A stretch of 64,000 bases of DNA from Candidatus Enterousia sp. GTDB lineage: Bacteria > Pseudomonadota > Alphaproteobacteria > Rs-D84. Of the stretch, positions 30,514 to 40,648 are shown piece after piece. The first letter of the stretch is position 1. Every line of letters starts with the position of its first letter. A program made the translations under genes and the position numbers. A model generated the notes under the pieces. The model did not search any database. It was not told the origin of the DNA and was given only the letters and a program-made list of their open reading frames with translations. Where the stretch lies: assembly GCA_045635825.1 (NCBI GenBank), contig JAZTWM010000007.1:11635-75634 (forward strand). Reading direction: 5' to 3'.

Positions 30514-31251
30514 TTAGAACAAGATATTTACCTTTGCACCAACCCTTGCATCATCTGATTCAAATTCATAATCCACATGACCAATATACTGTGTACGTCC
30601 ATACTGACGCACCAGCTTCAAATGCAACCATTCTTGGTCATAATCCTTATTGTTTTCTGGATCATCACTTGTTGCCTTGCGAACTGTAAAACCAATACCA
30701 AAACGCCAATCTGGCGCCATTCTAAAATATGCCTCTGGGGTCAAATCTAAGAATGCAATACCCCGTTCATCATCAAAAACCCATGTTGACTTTAATGTTG
30801 CCGCCAATGTAACACCGGCCCATTGACGCCCCATACGCACACCTAAATAATACGTAGAATCTGCATAATCAGGCGTACGAACACGTGAACTGCCACCAAA
30901 TTTAAAACCAAACAAAACATCCGTGATCATATGTGCATCATTATCATCTGCATTTCCAACACGATATGTTGCCCCTAAATCAATGGCAGAAAAACCATCC
31001 TCGTCACCATTAAAGTCATGTTGATAATGCACATTCGCACCAATACTTAAACGATTATTTAATCCATAAGATACACCCTGACCAACACGCAAGACATGAT
31101 CCCAATATGATACAGACGACTGAGACAATATTTCTTCTATTGATTGTAAATACAACGGATCAGACGTATCATGTGCAACGTCATTCGCATGTGCCAATGG
31201 CGAATACAATACTGTCCCCATTACCATCAAACCATATAAAATCTTTCTCAT
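30514..31251 (-). CDS. Putative outer-membrane beta-barrel protein
   Basis: Signal peptide ending AHA, amphipathic strands, terminal VNILF. Confidence 0.7.
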   Translation of the reverse strand: MRKILYGLMVMGTVLYSPLAHANDVAHDTSDPLYLQSIEEILSQSSVSYWDHVLRVGQGVSYGLNNRLSIGANVHYQHDFNGDEDGFSAIDLGATYRVGNADDNDAHMITDVLFGFKFGGSSRVRTPDYADSTYYLGVRMGRQWAGVTLAATLKSTWVFDDERGIAFLDLTPEAYFRMAPDWRFGIGFTVRKATSDDPENNKDYDQEWLHLKLVRQYGRTQYIGHVDYEFESDDARVGAKVNILF

Positions 31252-31282
31252 AAATCCCCCCCACATTTATATTTCAAGATTT

Positions 31283-31309
31283 TTTGCCCCCAGTACATCC
31301 GGGGGCAAA
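31283..31309. terminator. Intergenic hairpin
   Basis: TTTGCCCCC...GGGGGCAAA between the two barrel genes. Confidence 0.5.
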
Positions 31310-31327
31310 TAAAACAATTACAAATAA

Positions 31328-32608
31328 TTAAAACTGGAATATTACCTGCAAACCAACAGATGTTTCCGCATAATTATCCACTTTTGTTGTACCAATATAT
31401 TGCAATTCAGTTGCAGGTGTATCTAACATACCACCGACATATAATTGATCACGCCAATAATATGTATCCAACTCTTTTCCATCGGCACTATCAAAGAAAA
31501 CAGTTCTTAGATACAAATTGATTGCAAAGTTGTCATTTGGTTGCCAACCAATTGCCCCTTTAATAGATCCTTGATTATGCCAATCATAATTTCCCAACAA
31601 GGCTTCTATATTTAATGTCCAATCTTCATTTAATACACTAAATACACCTAAGCCACCTTCTACATAAGAAACGCTATCGGTATCACCCTGAACCAATATC
31701 AAAGATGAATCATATCCATTTGCATCCTTACCAGATACACCATGTCCATAAATATCACCATCAATATCAACATACCAACCACGCAGCACACCATAGATTG
31801 TTGAACGTGCAACCTTGTAACCTGCCCTTAAATCTAAGACATAGTTGTTTGCGATATCTTTTTGATGTTGGAAATACGCAGACACTGTTGCAATCCATTC
31901 ATTTGTATCAGCAAACCGCCACTGTCCCCCCAGACCAAAAACATTTACACCGCTTTCATCCATTTTGTCACTTGGCGACCCATCATCCCATTCAAATTCA
32001 TATTCAGATGAATCATACTGCAACATCCCCATCAAAGCGATTTGATCGGTAATACCATAACTAAAATCTTCCTTAACAGTAAAGGCAGATGCCCCCCATT
32101 TTCCAGTTAAACCATTAAAACTTAATTCATCACCATATTCGTCAAACAAACCTGATGGCACAGAAGGCAAAATCAAATCATAACCAACATTATCAAATGA
32201 CAAATCAGTTATAGAACCAAACATACCTTCCAATGGCTGATAAAAAGGATGTGCCAAATAATACTTACGCTTTAACTTGTTAACAACCTTTTCACTGCGT
32301 GATGTACGTACAGTCCTTTTTGACGCCAATGCCATAGAAGAGTCTGCACCTTCATACTGTTTATACAATGCGGTACGATTCGCAGGCTTTGTATAATATA
32401 AATCACCTGCATCTTTGGTTTCATATGTACGCTTCAAAGTACGTGTTTGATATTTTTCATAGTTAACATTTTCACGTGTACGTGTTGCTGGCATACCATA
32501 CAAACTAACCACTGATCCAGAACGACTGCCCCAGTTTGTATCCGCATTAACCGCAGTTGCGCCAAATGCCACTAATGCACCAACGATAAATGATAAAGAT
32601 TTTTTCAT
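31328..32608 (-). CDS. Putative outer-membrane beta-barrel protein
   Basis: AGGAG RBS, signal peptide, aromatic-rich strands, terminal VIFQF. Confidence 0.75.
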   Translation of the reverse strand: MKKSLSFIVGALVAFGATAVNADTNWGSRSGSVVSLYGMPATRTRENVNYEKYQTRTLKRTYETKDAGDLYYTKPANRTALYKQYEGADSSMALASKRTVRTSRSEKVVNKLKRKYYLAHPFYQPLEGMFGSITDLSFDNVGYDLILPSVPSGLFDEYGDELSFNGLTGKWGASAFTVKEDFSYGITDQIALMGMLQYDSSEYEFEWDDGSPSDKMDESGVNVFGLGGQWRFADTNEWIATVSAYFQHQKDIANNYVLDLRAGYKVARSTIYGVLRGWYVDIDGDIYGHGVSGKDANGYDSSLILVQGDTDSVSYVEGGLGVFSVLNEDWTLNIEALLGNYDWHNQGSIKGAIGWQPNDNFAINLYLRTVFFDSADGKELDTYYWRDQLYVGGMLDTPATELQYIGTTKVDNYAETSVGLQVIFQF

Positions 32609-32704
32609 AATATTACGACTCCTTTTAGATGAATTATAGCATAATTCTGCCGTATATAAAAGGAAAAACAACCATGAACCCTTGATAAATCCAACCCATA
32701 GATT

Positions 32705-34996
32705 TTACAGGATATGACGCTTGTTATTGGCATCTGGCGCAGAAATAATACCGTCTTCTTCCATACGTTCTATCAATCCGGCCGCCTTGTTATAACCAAT
32801 CTCTAAACGTCGCTGAATATATGAAATTGTTGGCTTTTTATCACGCAAAACAATTTCCTTGGCACGTTCATACAAATCACCATTCTTATCACCACCACCA
32901 GCACCCGGTATCGCACCTGGAATACCCGCCACTTCACCTGCTGCTTCACCTTCGGCATCGGTCACACCATCAACATATTCTGGTGCCCCCTGTGAACGCA
33001 GGAAATTACCAATCTTGGTCAATTCAGAATCGTCAATAAATGCACCATGGATACGCACTGGCACACGCCCTGCTTCACTAAATAGCATATCACCACACGC
33101 CAACAACTGTTCTGCACCACCTTCACCCAAACAGGTCACACTATCAATACGACTGCGTGCCTGGAAAGATACACGTGTTGGGAAATTCGCCTTAATCACA
33201 CCTGTAATTGTTGTCGCATCTGGTCTTTGTGTTGCCATAACCAAATGGATACCTGCCGCACGTGCCTTTTGTGCAATACGTTGAACACAGGCTTCTACAT
33301 CTTTGCGTGCCAAACTCATCAGATCTGCCACCTCGTCAATAACAATTACTATATATGGAATATCAGACAAATCTATTTCTTGGGTTTCAAATAATAATTC
33401 ACCTGTTTCTTCATCCGTACCAACCGCAACCTGTTTGGTTAATCTTTCACCCTTGGCACGTTTTTCAGCCGCAATTTCATTATAACTTTCAATATTTCGT
33501 GCATTCAATACCTGCAGTTGTTTATAGCGTTCTTCCATTTCACGCACCGCCCATTTCAGTGCATTTACCGCCGCAGCCGGATCCAATTTTACAATCGGCG
33601 TAATCAGGTGTGGGATATCATCCCAGAACCCAAAATCAACACCCTTTGGATCAATAATCATCAACTTGCACTTATCTGGTGTAAAGTGATACACAATCGA
33701 TGTAATAATAGACTGAACAAATACAGATTTACCAGAACCTGTACGCCCCGCAATCAACATGTGTGGCATTTTTGCCAAATCAAAATACATTGGATTTCCA
33801 CCGATATTTACCCCCAATGCCAATGGAATCTTATACTTGGTATAAACAAATGCATCATCTTCCATCAAACCACGATAACGTACCGTCTGACGTGTTACAT
33901 TAACCATTTCAACACCGATATAACTGGTACTGGGGATATGTGCAATACGAATATTTTCAGTCGCCATTGCACGTGTCATATCTTTAACCGTCTTGGTAAT
34001 ATCAGCAATTCGCATACCAGTATCTGGTTCAAATTCATACAAGGTAACAATTGGCCCCGGCTTAATCCCAACAACCTTGCCATATACACCATACTCAGCA
34101 AAATGCACTTCCATATTTCTGGCATTTTGTTTTAATTCAGGCGTTACTGTACATTTACTGAAATTGGATCTTTCCAATATCTTTGGATCTGGCAATTGAT
34201 ATTCCCCACCTGCACGAACTTGCTTTGGCACCGCCACAGGCGCTGTTGCAACCGCACGTTTGGCCACACGACGTGACAACAAACCACGTTTTTCTTTTTG
34301 TGGTGCTTGCTCTATGGTTGAATCTGGAACATCATTTGCATCATCCCCAAGATCACCACCCTCTTCTACATCATCAACATAAGAATCATCTGCGGCATAC
34401 CCAGCACGTGTCAAATGGAACGCACCTGCAATCCAGCGTACCCATCGCACAAACATACGTAACGCACCACGCACATGTGCCAGTTTAACATGCAACAATA
34501 CACCCGCCATCCAAAAGAAACCAACCAGACAGAAGATCCCAACGATAACAGAAATCCCACCAATCAACACATGCAAATCATGTGCAACAATTGCACCAAA
34601 CAATCCACCTAAAACAGACGACTGGGACATCAGTCCAAATCCAGCTGTCCCCAAACACACTGTAATAAAACCACGCAAGAAATTATATTCTGGTGCATCA
34701 CCTGTATTCAAACCAATAAAACGTGATGCACCCCAACGTGCAACACACAATAAAACGAAACACCCTGGCACCGTACCAATCAAATATTTAATTAAACCAA
34801 CAACATGGCCCATAATGGACTGATTACCAAAATTACTGGCGACCGCCATTCCATCCAAATAAGGATTATAGAAAACCAAAGCCAAAGTCGCCCAAACACC
34901 TAACAACATAACCAGCGCACCAAACATCCGCACCATTAAACTTTTTAGTGCGTTTGTAATGCTTCCTGGTAAAAACCTTGAATTATTTCCTGCCAT
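32705..34996 (-). CDS. ftsK: DNA translocase FtsK
   Basis: N-terminal TMs, MPHMLIAGRTGSGKS, IDEVADLM, ATQRP, gamma domain ISYIQRRL. Confidence 0.96.
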   Translation of the reverse strand: MAGNNSRFLPGSITNALKSLMVRMFGALVMLLGVWATLALVFYNPYLDGMAVASNFGNQSIMGHVVGLIKYLIGTVPGCFVLLCVARWGASRFIGLNTGDAPEYNFLRGFITVCLGTAGFGLMSQSSVLGGLFGAIVAHDLHVLIGGISVIVGIFCLVGFFWMAGVLLHVKLAHVRGALRMFVRWVRWIAGAFHLTRAGYAADDSYVDDVEEGGDLGDDANDVPDSTIEQAPQKEKRGLLSRRVAKRAVATAPVAVPKQVRAGGEYQLPDPKILERSNFSKCTVTPELKQNARNMEVHFAEYGVYGKVVGIKPGPIVTLYEFEPDTGMRIADITKTVKDMTRAMATENIRIAHIPSTSYIGVEMVNVTRQTVRYRGLMEDDAFVYTKYKIPLALGVNIGGNPMYFDLAKMPHMLIAGRTGSGKSVFVQSIITSIVYHFTPDKCKLMIIDPKGVDFGFWDDIPHLITPIVKLDPAAAVNALKWAVREMEERYKQLQVLNARNIESYNEIAAEKRAKGERLTKQVAVGTDEETGELLFETQEIDLSDIPYIVIVIDEVADLMSLARKDVEACVQRIAQKARAAGIHLVMATQRPDATTITGVIKANFPTRVSFQARSRIDSVTCLGEGGAEQLLACGDMLFSEAGRVPVRIHGAFIDDSELTKIGNFLRSQGAPEYVDGVTDAEGEAAGEVAGIPGAIPGAGGGDKNGDLYERAKEIVLRDKKPTISYIQRRLEIGYNKAAGLIERMEEDGIISAPDANNKRHIL

Positions 34997-35081
34997 AATG
35001 CTTGCATTTTATCACAAAAAAGTAAAAAAACAAAATCTAACCAAGAAAATTATGAAACAAAAATAATACAACACAATAAAT

Positions 35082-35168
35082 AAAAGATAATGGTATAAAT
35101 ACAAGATAAACCCGTAACCATAGTGTACAGAAGTTACATGAGGTTACGGGTTCGCTTGTAGATATGCC
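35082..35168. repeat. Palindromic repeat copy 1 (RPE-like)
   Basis: AAAAGATAATGGTATA...AACCCGTAACC-ATAG-TGTA-CAGAAGT-TACA-TGA-GGTTACGGGTT...GATATGCC. Confidence 0.85.
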
Positions 35169-35186
35169 AGAGGCATAATTAAAAAT

Positions 35187-35274
35187 AAAAGATAATGGTA
35201 TAGATACGAGATTTGTGGGGGCATCGCAGTGTACAAACGCTACATAAGATGCCACCACAATCCGTAGATATGCC
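35187..35274. repeat. Palindromic repeat copy 2
   Basis: AAAAGATAATGGTATA...GCATC-GCAG-TGTA-CAAACGC-TACA-TAA-GATGC...GATATGCC; same ends, different stem sequence. Confidence 0.8.
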
Positions 35275-35275
35275 A

Positions 35276-36175
35276 TTAGATTTTATTTAGGTATGCAACG
35301 GCATCCATGGCTGCACTACACCCTGTTCCAACCGCCGTTGCAATCTGCATCTTCAACCCTGAATAAACATCACCTGCAACAAAGATACCTGATGGCATCG
35401 CATCTGGTGCTAAGCGTCCCATGGCATCACGCTTTATATCTTCGGACAAATAGTCTGTATTAGCCTCGTGCCCAATGGCGACAAAAATGCCATCCACAAC
35501 CAACTGCTCACCATCTGTTGTGGTCACAATCAATTCACCTTCATTTGAATCTGGCTTTGCTTCTATCTTGGCCAAATCTGTATTAAACAAGCATTCTATA
35601 TTAGGGGTATTTTCAACACGTTCACGCAACACCGCCTCGGCCCGGGTAAAGGCAGACTTTCTGTATACAATCTTGACTGTCTTTGCTAAATCCGCCAAAT
35701 ACAAGGCATCATTTAATGCACTATTACCACCACCTAAAACAATGACTGTCTTGCCACTATAAAAGAACCCATCACATGTTGCACAGTATGAAACGCCACG
35801 TCCCATAAACTCACGCGCCCCATCTATTTCTAATTTACGTGGACTGGCCCCTGTTGCAACAATAACAACACGTCCTTGATATTCCACCCCATTATCACAT
35901 GTCACAACATATCCACCATTTGCATCGGCCGAAACATTCTTGGCAGAAACAAATTCAACCGTTGCCCCATATGTCTCACATTGTTTTTGCATAAAGATTG
36001 CCAAATCCATCCCAGAACCGGCCCATCCCGGATAGTTTTCCAATGTTGCAATACCCGCCATTTGACCACCCAAGCGGTCACCACCCAAAACAATGGTCTT
36101 TTTATTTGCACGTGCTGTATACAAAGCCGCCGTCAAACCTGCAGGGCCAGAACCCAAAATAATTACATCATACAT
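35276..36175 (-). CDS. trxB: Thioredoxin reductase
   Basis: GSGPAGLTAA, GRGVSYCATCDG, GGGNSA, FVAIGH, FVAGD. Confidence 0.95.
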   Translation of the reverse strand: MYDVIILGSGPAGLTAALYTARANKKTIVLGGDRLGGQMAGIATLENYPGWAGSGMDLAIFMQKQCETYGATVEFVSAKNVSADANGGYVVTCDNGVEYQGRVVIVATGASPRKLEIDGAREFMGRGVSYCATCDGFFYSGKTVIVLGGGNSALNDALYLADLAKTVKIVYRKSAFTRAEAVLRERVENTPNIECLFNTDLAKIEAKPDSNEGELIVTTTDGEQLVVDGIFVAIGHEANTDYLSEDIKRDAMGRLAPDAMPSGIFVAGDVYSGLKMQIATAVGTGCSAAMDAVAYLNKI

Positions 36176-36245
36176 AATCAGTAAACCTTTCCTTGTTATA
36201 TCTTCGGCATGCAGGTTAACATATATAATCCTAGGGTGCAAATCA

Positions 36246-36272
36246 AAAAACACCCGTAAAACGGGTGATTTT
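36246..36272. terminator. Intrinsic terminator
   Basis: CACCCGT-AAA-ACGGGTG flanked by A/T runs. Confidence 0.7.
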
Positions 36273-36279
36273 ATAAATA

Positions 36280-37077
36280 TTAGTTTTGTTGCCCTGACAA
36301 CATCTGCCATGGATTAAGTTGCAACTTACGTTCATCATCCTGCAATTTATTAAACTTCTTACGTAAACTAGACCTGAAAGAATCTAAACAAGCTTCAAAC
36401 TTTTTTCGATTCCCCATATTTCTACCATCACTTTCACCACAAACCCTGAAATCTACACCACCACTAAACTCTAACCCTTCCCCTGTAACAGTTGCTTTCA
36501 ACACATTAAAATCATTTGCCAATTGTTTACGTGCCTCTGGCGATGCATTAGACCCATTACCCGAAATTTCATATATAATCGACAAATTCGATTGCAAACA
36601 TTCCAGCACCTTGGCATTTGTCATCTCTTGATTACAATCTCTGGCACCTTCTACCTTGATATTGCGATTGGTGCTACTATAACTTGCTGAACCACCACTG
36701 GCACTTGAGCTATCCTCTGTTGTTGCTTTGGCACCTGCCGCCTGCATACCCGTTGTCAAAACCGCCTTTTCCAACTGAGTCTTTAATCTGCGTAACATAG
36801 ATTCCATCTGTGCATATTGCTGATACAACTGTTGCGTAATCAGGGTCGTTTTCATCGCAATAACATCTTGCATCAATTCACGATCTGAACCATCTGGGTT
36901 TGTGGTGTCGCCAATATTATAAGCATGCGTTGAACACAATGCTAATTCAGCAACAATCGCATCATTTGAATCATCTTCGCAACCATTTGCCGCATATGAA
37001 GCATTTGGCATACACAGCACCGCCAGACACATCAGTCGGCATAACCACATCAACAAAGAACATTTTATGTTCCACAT
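36280..37077 (-). CDS. Secreted helical Cys-containing hypothetical protein
   Basis: Signal peptide, coiled-coil segment, paired Cys. Confidence 0.75.
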   Translation of the reverse strand: MWNIKCSLLMWLCRLMCLAVLCMPNASYAANGCEDDSNDAIVAELALCSTHAYNIGDTTNPDGSDRELMQDVIAMKTTLITQQLYQQYAQMESMLRRLKTQLEKAVLTTGMQAAGAKATTEDSSSASGGSASYSSTNRNIKVEGARDCNQEMTNAKVLECLQSNLSIIYEISGNGSNASPEARKQLANDFNVLKATVTGEGLEFSGGVDFRVCGESDGRNMGNRKKFEACLDSFRSSLRKKFNKLQDDERKLQLNPWQMLSGQQN

Positions 37078-37087
37078 TTTTTATCCA

Positions 37088-39178
37088 TCAATACTTACAA
37101 TTATTATTATTATCCAACCCAGTTGCATCCTTGTCGCTTTGCTTGTCACAGGTCTTACAGTCACCCGAACTCGTCAACCAAACCGTCTTACCCGCCTCTT
37201 CAGCACAATATACACACTCATCCTGCTTTGGACCCGATGTCTGCAAACCAAAGTTTTTCTTTTGATTAACATTTGGACAATTACACGTCCCCTCTAAACC
37301 TGTTCTACCACGCGATGAATACGACCATTTACCACCAGTATTCTGACATTTTACCAATTTGTTCTGCCATTCAACCCTGTCATCTTCAACCGCCTCAAAG
37401 ACACCATATTTATAAACACACTTATTAGTATCAACCACACAACGCCCTGAATTAGTGTCCCAACGAATTCCACATGCCGTATGTAGGCTAGCAATATAGT
37501 CACATGTACCTTGATCTGCAGCACCCGTAACAATTCCGGTTTCCAACAACCCAGTGCCACTACCAATAGAAGTGACCGCACCATGTGTTCTATAGTTTAC
37601 CGCCAAAGAATCATGTGGCACACAAATCTTGGCTGGCAACTTATTGCTCTGCACTGCGGTCAACAATGTTTGATAACCACGTGATGTCAACGCACAATAC
37701 TTTACACGATCCACCGTTGCATCTACTGAACCACTTGTATACTTATTTGAACCAACATGATCTGGTGCATCTTGTAAAATAATGCGTTCCAACGTTTCCA
37801 AATCTAACGCATTACCACTGCGACTGGAACGGCGACCAAATATAGAAATCGTCTCTAATGCAGATGTTGCACACCCAACACGAACCATTCTGTCACCTTC
37901 ATACGCTGCATCCATCCATTCGCGCTGAATATCGGCTGTACCGCCTTCTATCAAACTGGTCAAAGTACAACGTGTATCATCCTGTGGTGGAATTGCCATA
38001 CCAATTGAACACTCCATACCACCCTTGACTGCACCGCCATTACGAATTGCCGCCCCCTTCAAAGAACGACCATTCTTACAATTTAATTCATTATAATACC
38101 CAACCTCGTGCCCACTGTCTAAACCCGTACTACGCATAGCCTCTGACTCAGTGCTGACGCACATAAACTTACCCCATTGATTACATGCACCACTTAACAT
38201 CATAATTACATCCGACACATCGACACCAACCGCCAATGCCATTTCTAACGCCTCGTACGCATTATCAACAATTTCATCATATGGTTCAAAGAACTGCTGT
38301 GCCTTTTGCTTAAAAATCTTGACACGCTTTGGCCCTGTACAATTATTTCCACGTGTATCACACCCCGCATATGTAAACACATTTTGCATTGTCGCATTCA
38401 AAGACTTTAATGCCAGCTCTGCCTGCTCTATCTTGGTTAAAATCTGATTAGAAATCTGTTTACGTGCCAATATATCAGCCCCAACCCCACGATCAATCGC
38501 CTCCATCTCGGCATTAGTTAGCCCATATTCATTCTTTGACGCTTCTGCCTCTGCTGCGGCACGTGCCGCCGCCTGCTGTTGGATTGCACTATTTGCCTCA
38601 TTCATTGCAGATTCTGTCACACGTCTTTGCTCATCCAAGGCCGCCTGCATCTGTTGCATTTGTTGGGCCGACTGCTCTTGCATCTGTTGCTGCATCATCT
38701 GCATCTGCTGTTGCATCTGCATCATCTGTGCGTTTGTCTGTGCCGCGGCCGCCTCTGCCGCTGCCTGTTGTGATGCCATTTGCTGTTGCTGAACCTTGGC
38801 GGATGTATTAGACACAATCTGTGCCGCAATAAACTGAATCAAATCATCACCATGTTTTTTACAAGATGAATTACTGTTCACACACCCCTGAACAATGGGC
38901 CACGCAACATCAATTGTTGTACACCCCGCACACTTTGGTTGTGCACAACGTAAAATCACAGAATTACAATTTCCAAAATCCGCAGTTGGTGCACCACCTG
39001 CCCCACCAGTTGCCTGGGTACGGCTGTTCATCATCTGATTCCAATTATTATTATTGGTTGCCCCAGAGGTACCATTCCATGCCGTCAAATTACTGCCTGC
39101 TGTTGTTGCAACATTAGCAGACACAACGCCCGGCATTGTGCACAATACCATCAATAAAAATCGTGCAAATAACTTCAT
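37088..39178 (-). CDS. Secreted Cys-rich, Gln-rich coiled-coil protein
   Basis: GAGAGAG RBS, signal peptide, Q/M-rich helix, numerous Cys. Confidence 0.8.
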   Translation of the reverse strand: MKLFARFLLMVLCTMPGVVSANVATTAGSNLTAWNGTSGATNNNNWNQMMNSRTQATGGAGGAPTADFGNCNSVILRCAQPKCAGCTTIDVAWPIVQGCVNSNSSCKKHGDDLIQFIAAQIVSNTSAKVQQQQMASQQAAAEAAAAQTNAQMMQMQQQMQMMQQQMQEQSAQQMQQMQAALDEQRRVTESAMNEANSAIQQQAAARAAAEAEASKNEYGLTNAEMEAIDRGVGADILARKQISNQILTKIEQAELALKSLNATMQNVFTYAGCDTRGNNCTGPKRVKIFKQKAQQFFEPYDEIVDNAYEALEMALAVGVDVSDVIMMLSGACNQWGKFMCVSTESEAMRSTGLDSGHEVGYYNELNCKNGRSLKGAAIRNGGAVKGGMECSIGMAIPPQDDTRCTLTSLIEGGTADIQREWMDAAYEGDRMVRVGCATSALETISIFGRRSSRSGNALDLETLERIILQDAPDHVGSNKYTSGSVDATVDRVKYCALTSRGYQTLLTAVQSNKLPAKICVPHDSLAVNYRTHGAVTSIGSGTGLLETGIVTGAADQGTCDYIASLHTACGIRWDTNSGRCVVDTNKCVYKYGVFEAVEDDRVEWQNKLVKCQNTGGKWSYSSRGRTGLEGTCNCPNVNQKKNFGLQTSGPKQDECVYCAEEAGKTVWLTSSGDCKTCDKQSDKDATGLDNNNNCKY

Positions 39179-39344
39179 ACTCTCTCTAACAAGTCAATTT
39201 TAACACAAAAAGAGATTATATAAAAGCAAAAAAATATCCCCCACCACACCCCAGGCAACATCGGCAAAATCTATTTATTTTTATTGCGATTTAACCTTTC
39301 TGGTAATATATTATATGAAAACATTAATAAATACGGGGGCAATT

Positions 39345-40622
39345 ATGCTGGATATTAAATTTATTCGTGAAAATCCGGACATTGTAAAAAACGCATGTCA
39401 GGTCAAAGGCTTTGATGATAACACTGATAAAATATTAGAATTAGATGCACGTGTACGTGAATTAAAAACAATTACCCAGTCAAAAACTGCAGAAAAAAAT
39501 AAAATTACACGCGAAATACCAACTGCAACAGATCGTGCACCACTAATTGCCGCATCTAAACGAATCGCCGAAGAAATTGCAAACGACATGACCGAACTTG
39601 CCACACGCGAAGCAGAACTTGCCGACCTGTTGCATCGTGTACCACAAATACCATCCGCCGATGCACCAATTGGTCGTGACGACACCGAAAACGTAGAAGT
39701 TCGTCGTATTGGCACACCACGTAATTTTGATTTTACACCACGTCCACAATGGGAACTGTTGGAAATGAACGGCTGGTGGAAACCTGAAAAAATCGCATCC
39801 GTTTGCGGATCACGAACATACGCCCTGTTCGGCGAAGCCGCCGAATTAGAATTGGCAATCCAAACATACGTTTTACAAAAATTGATATCCAAAGGATTTA
39901 CTTTTGTAAATTGCCCATCTATCACAAAACCCCAAACAATCTTTAATGCTGGCCACTTTATGGGGACCGACCAATCTGTTATGTCAAACGACGTATTTAT
40001 GCTAACAGATACAGATCGGTGTTTGGCTGGAACGGCTGAAATTATATTAAACAGTCTGCACAGTGACGAAGTCCTAAGCGAAAAAGACCTACCAATCAAA
40101 TACGCCGGATATTCCCCATGCTTTCGCAAAGAAGCAGGTGCCGCCGGACGTGACACCCGCGGAATCGTGCGTATACACCAATTTAACAAGGTTGAACAAT
40201 ATATCTATTGCACACCAGAACAATCAGACGAAATGCACGAACACCTATTAAACAATCTGTGCGAAGTAATGGCAGATTTAGAACTACCATATCGGGTTAT
40301 TGCGGCATGTACTGGCGACATGGGATTTAACAAGGTTAAAATGCACGATGTCGAAGCCTGGTTCCCCAGCGAAGGCACATATCGTGAACTGGGATCATGT
40401 TCATCAATCGGCCAATTCCAAGCCCGCCGTACAAATACACGTTATCGTGACAAAGACGGCAACATGCAATTCTGTGCCACATTAAACAACACCGGCATTG
40501 CATTGCCACGTGCAATCGTACCTGTGATTGAAAACCACCAAAACCCAGACGGTTCTGTAAACATCCCAAAATGCCTGCAACCATTAATGGGCGGCCGCAC
40601 AAAAATTGGTGGCAAACATTAA
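39345..40622 (+). CDS. serS: Serine-tRNA ligase
   Basis: MLDIKFIREN, GTAE, CFRKEAG, RIHQFNKVE, TLNNTG; GGGGG RBS. Confidence 0.96.
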   Translation: MLDIKFIRENPDIVKNACQVKGFDDNTDKILELDARVRELKTITQSKTAEKNKITREIPTATDRAPLIAASKRIAEEIANDMTELATREAELADLLHRVPQIPSADAPIGRDDTENVEVRRIGTPRNFDFTPRPQWELLEMNGWWKPEKIASVCGSRTYALFGEAAELELAIQTYVLQKLISKGFTFVNCPSITKPQTIFNAGHFMGTDQSVMSNDVFMLTDTDRCLAGTAEIILNSLHSDEVLSEKDLPIKYAGYSPCFRKEAGAAGRDTRGIVRIHQFNKVEQYIYCTPEQSDEMHEHLLNNLCEVMADLELPYRVIAACTGDMGFNKVKMHDVEAWFPSEGTYRELGSCSSIGQFQARRTNTRYRDKDGNMQFCATLNNTGIALPRAIVPVIENHQNPDGSVNIPKCLQPLMGGRTKIGGKH

Positions 40623-40648
40623 AAAAATCCCCAAACGGGGATTTTTTT
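40621..40648. terminator. Bidirectional intrinsic terminator
   Basis: AAAAAAATCCCC-AAAC-GGGGATTTTTTT. Confidence 0.88.

Noticed and set aside
35082-35274. Repeat pairs as a CRISPR array
   Set aside because: Only two ~100-nt units per locus, no unique spacers between identical short repeats, and no cas genes in the window
35037-35276. 79-aa ORF across the repeats (and 62639-62980 at the second locus)
   Set aside because: No RBS or recognisable motif; explained by the palindromic repeats or by antisense to yebC
38640-38800. CTG/CAG-rich tract as a DNA tandem repeat or contingency locus
   Set aside because: Imperfect and explained by the Gln/Met/Ala coiled-coil coding sequence
39241-39345. 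Leader peptide upstream of serS analogous to thrS
   Set aside because: The upstream ATG (39315) is in frame with serS and there is no Ser codon run
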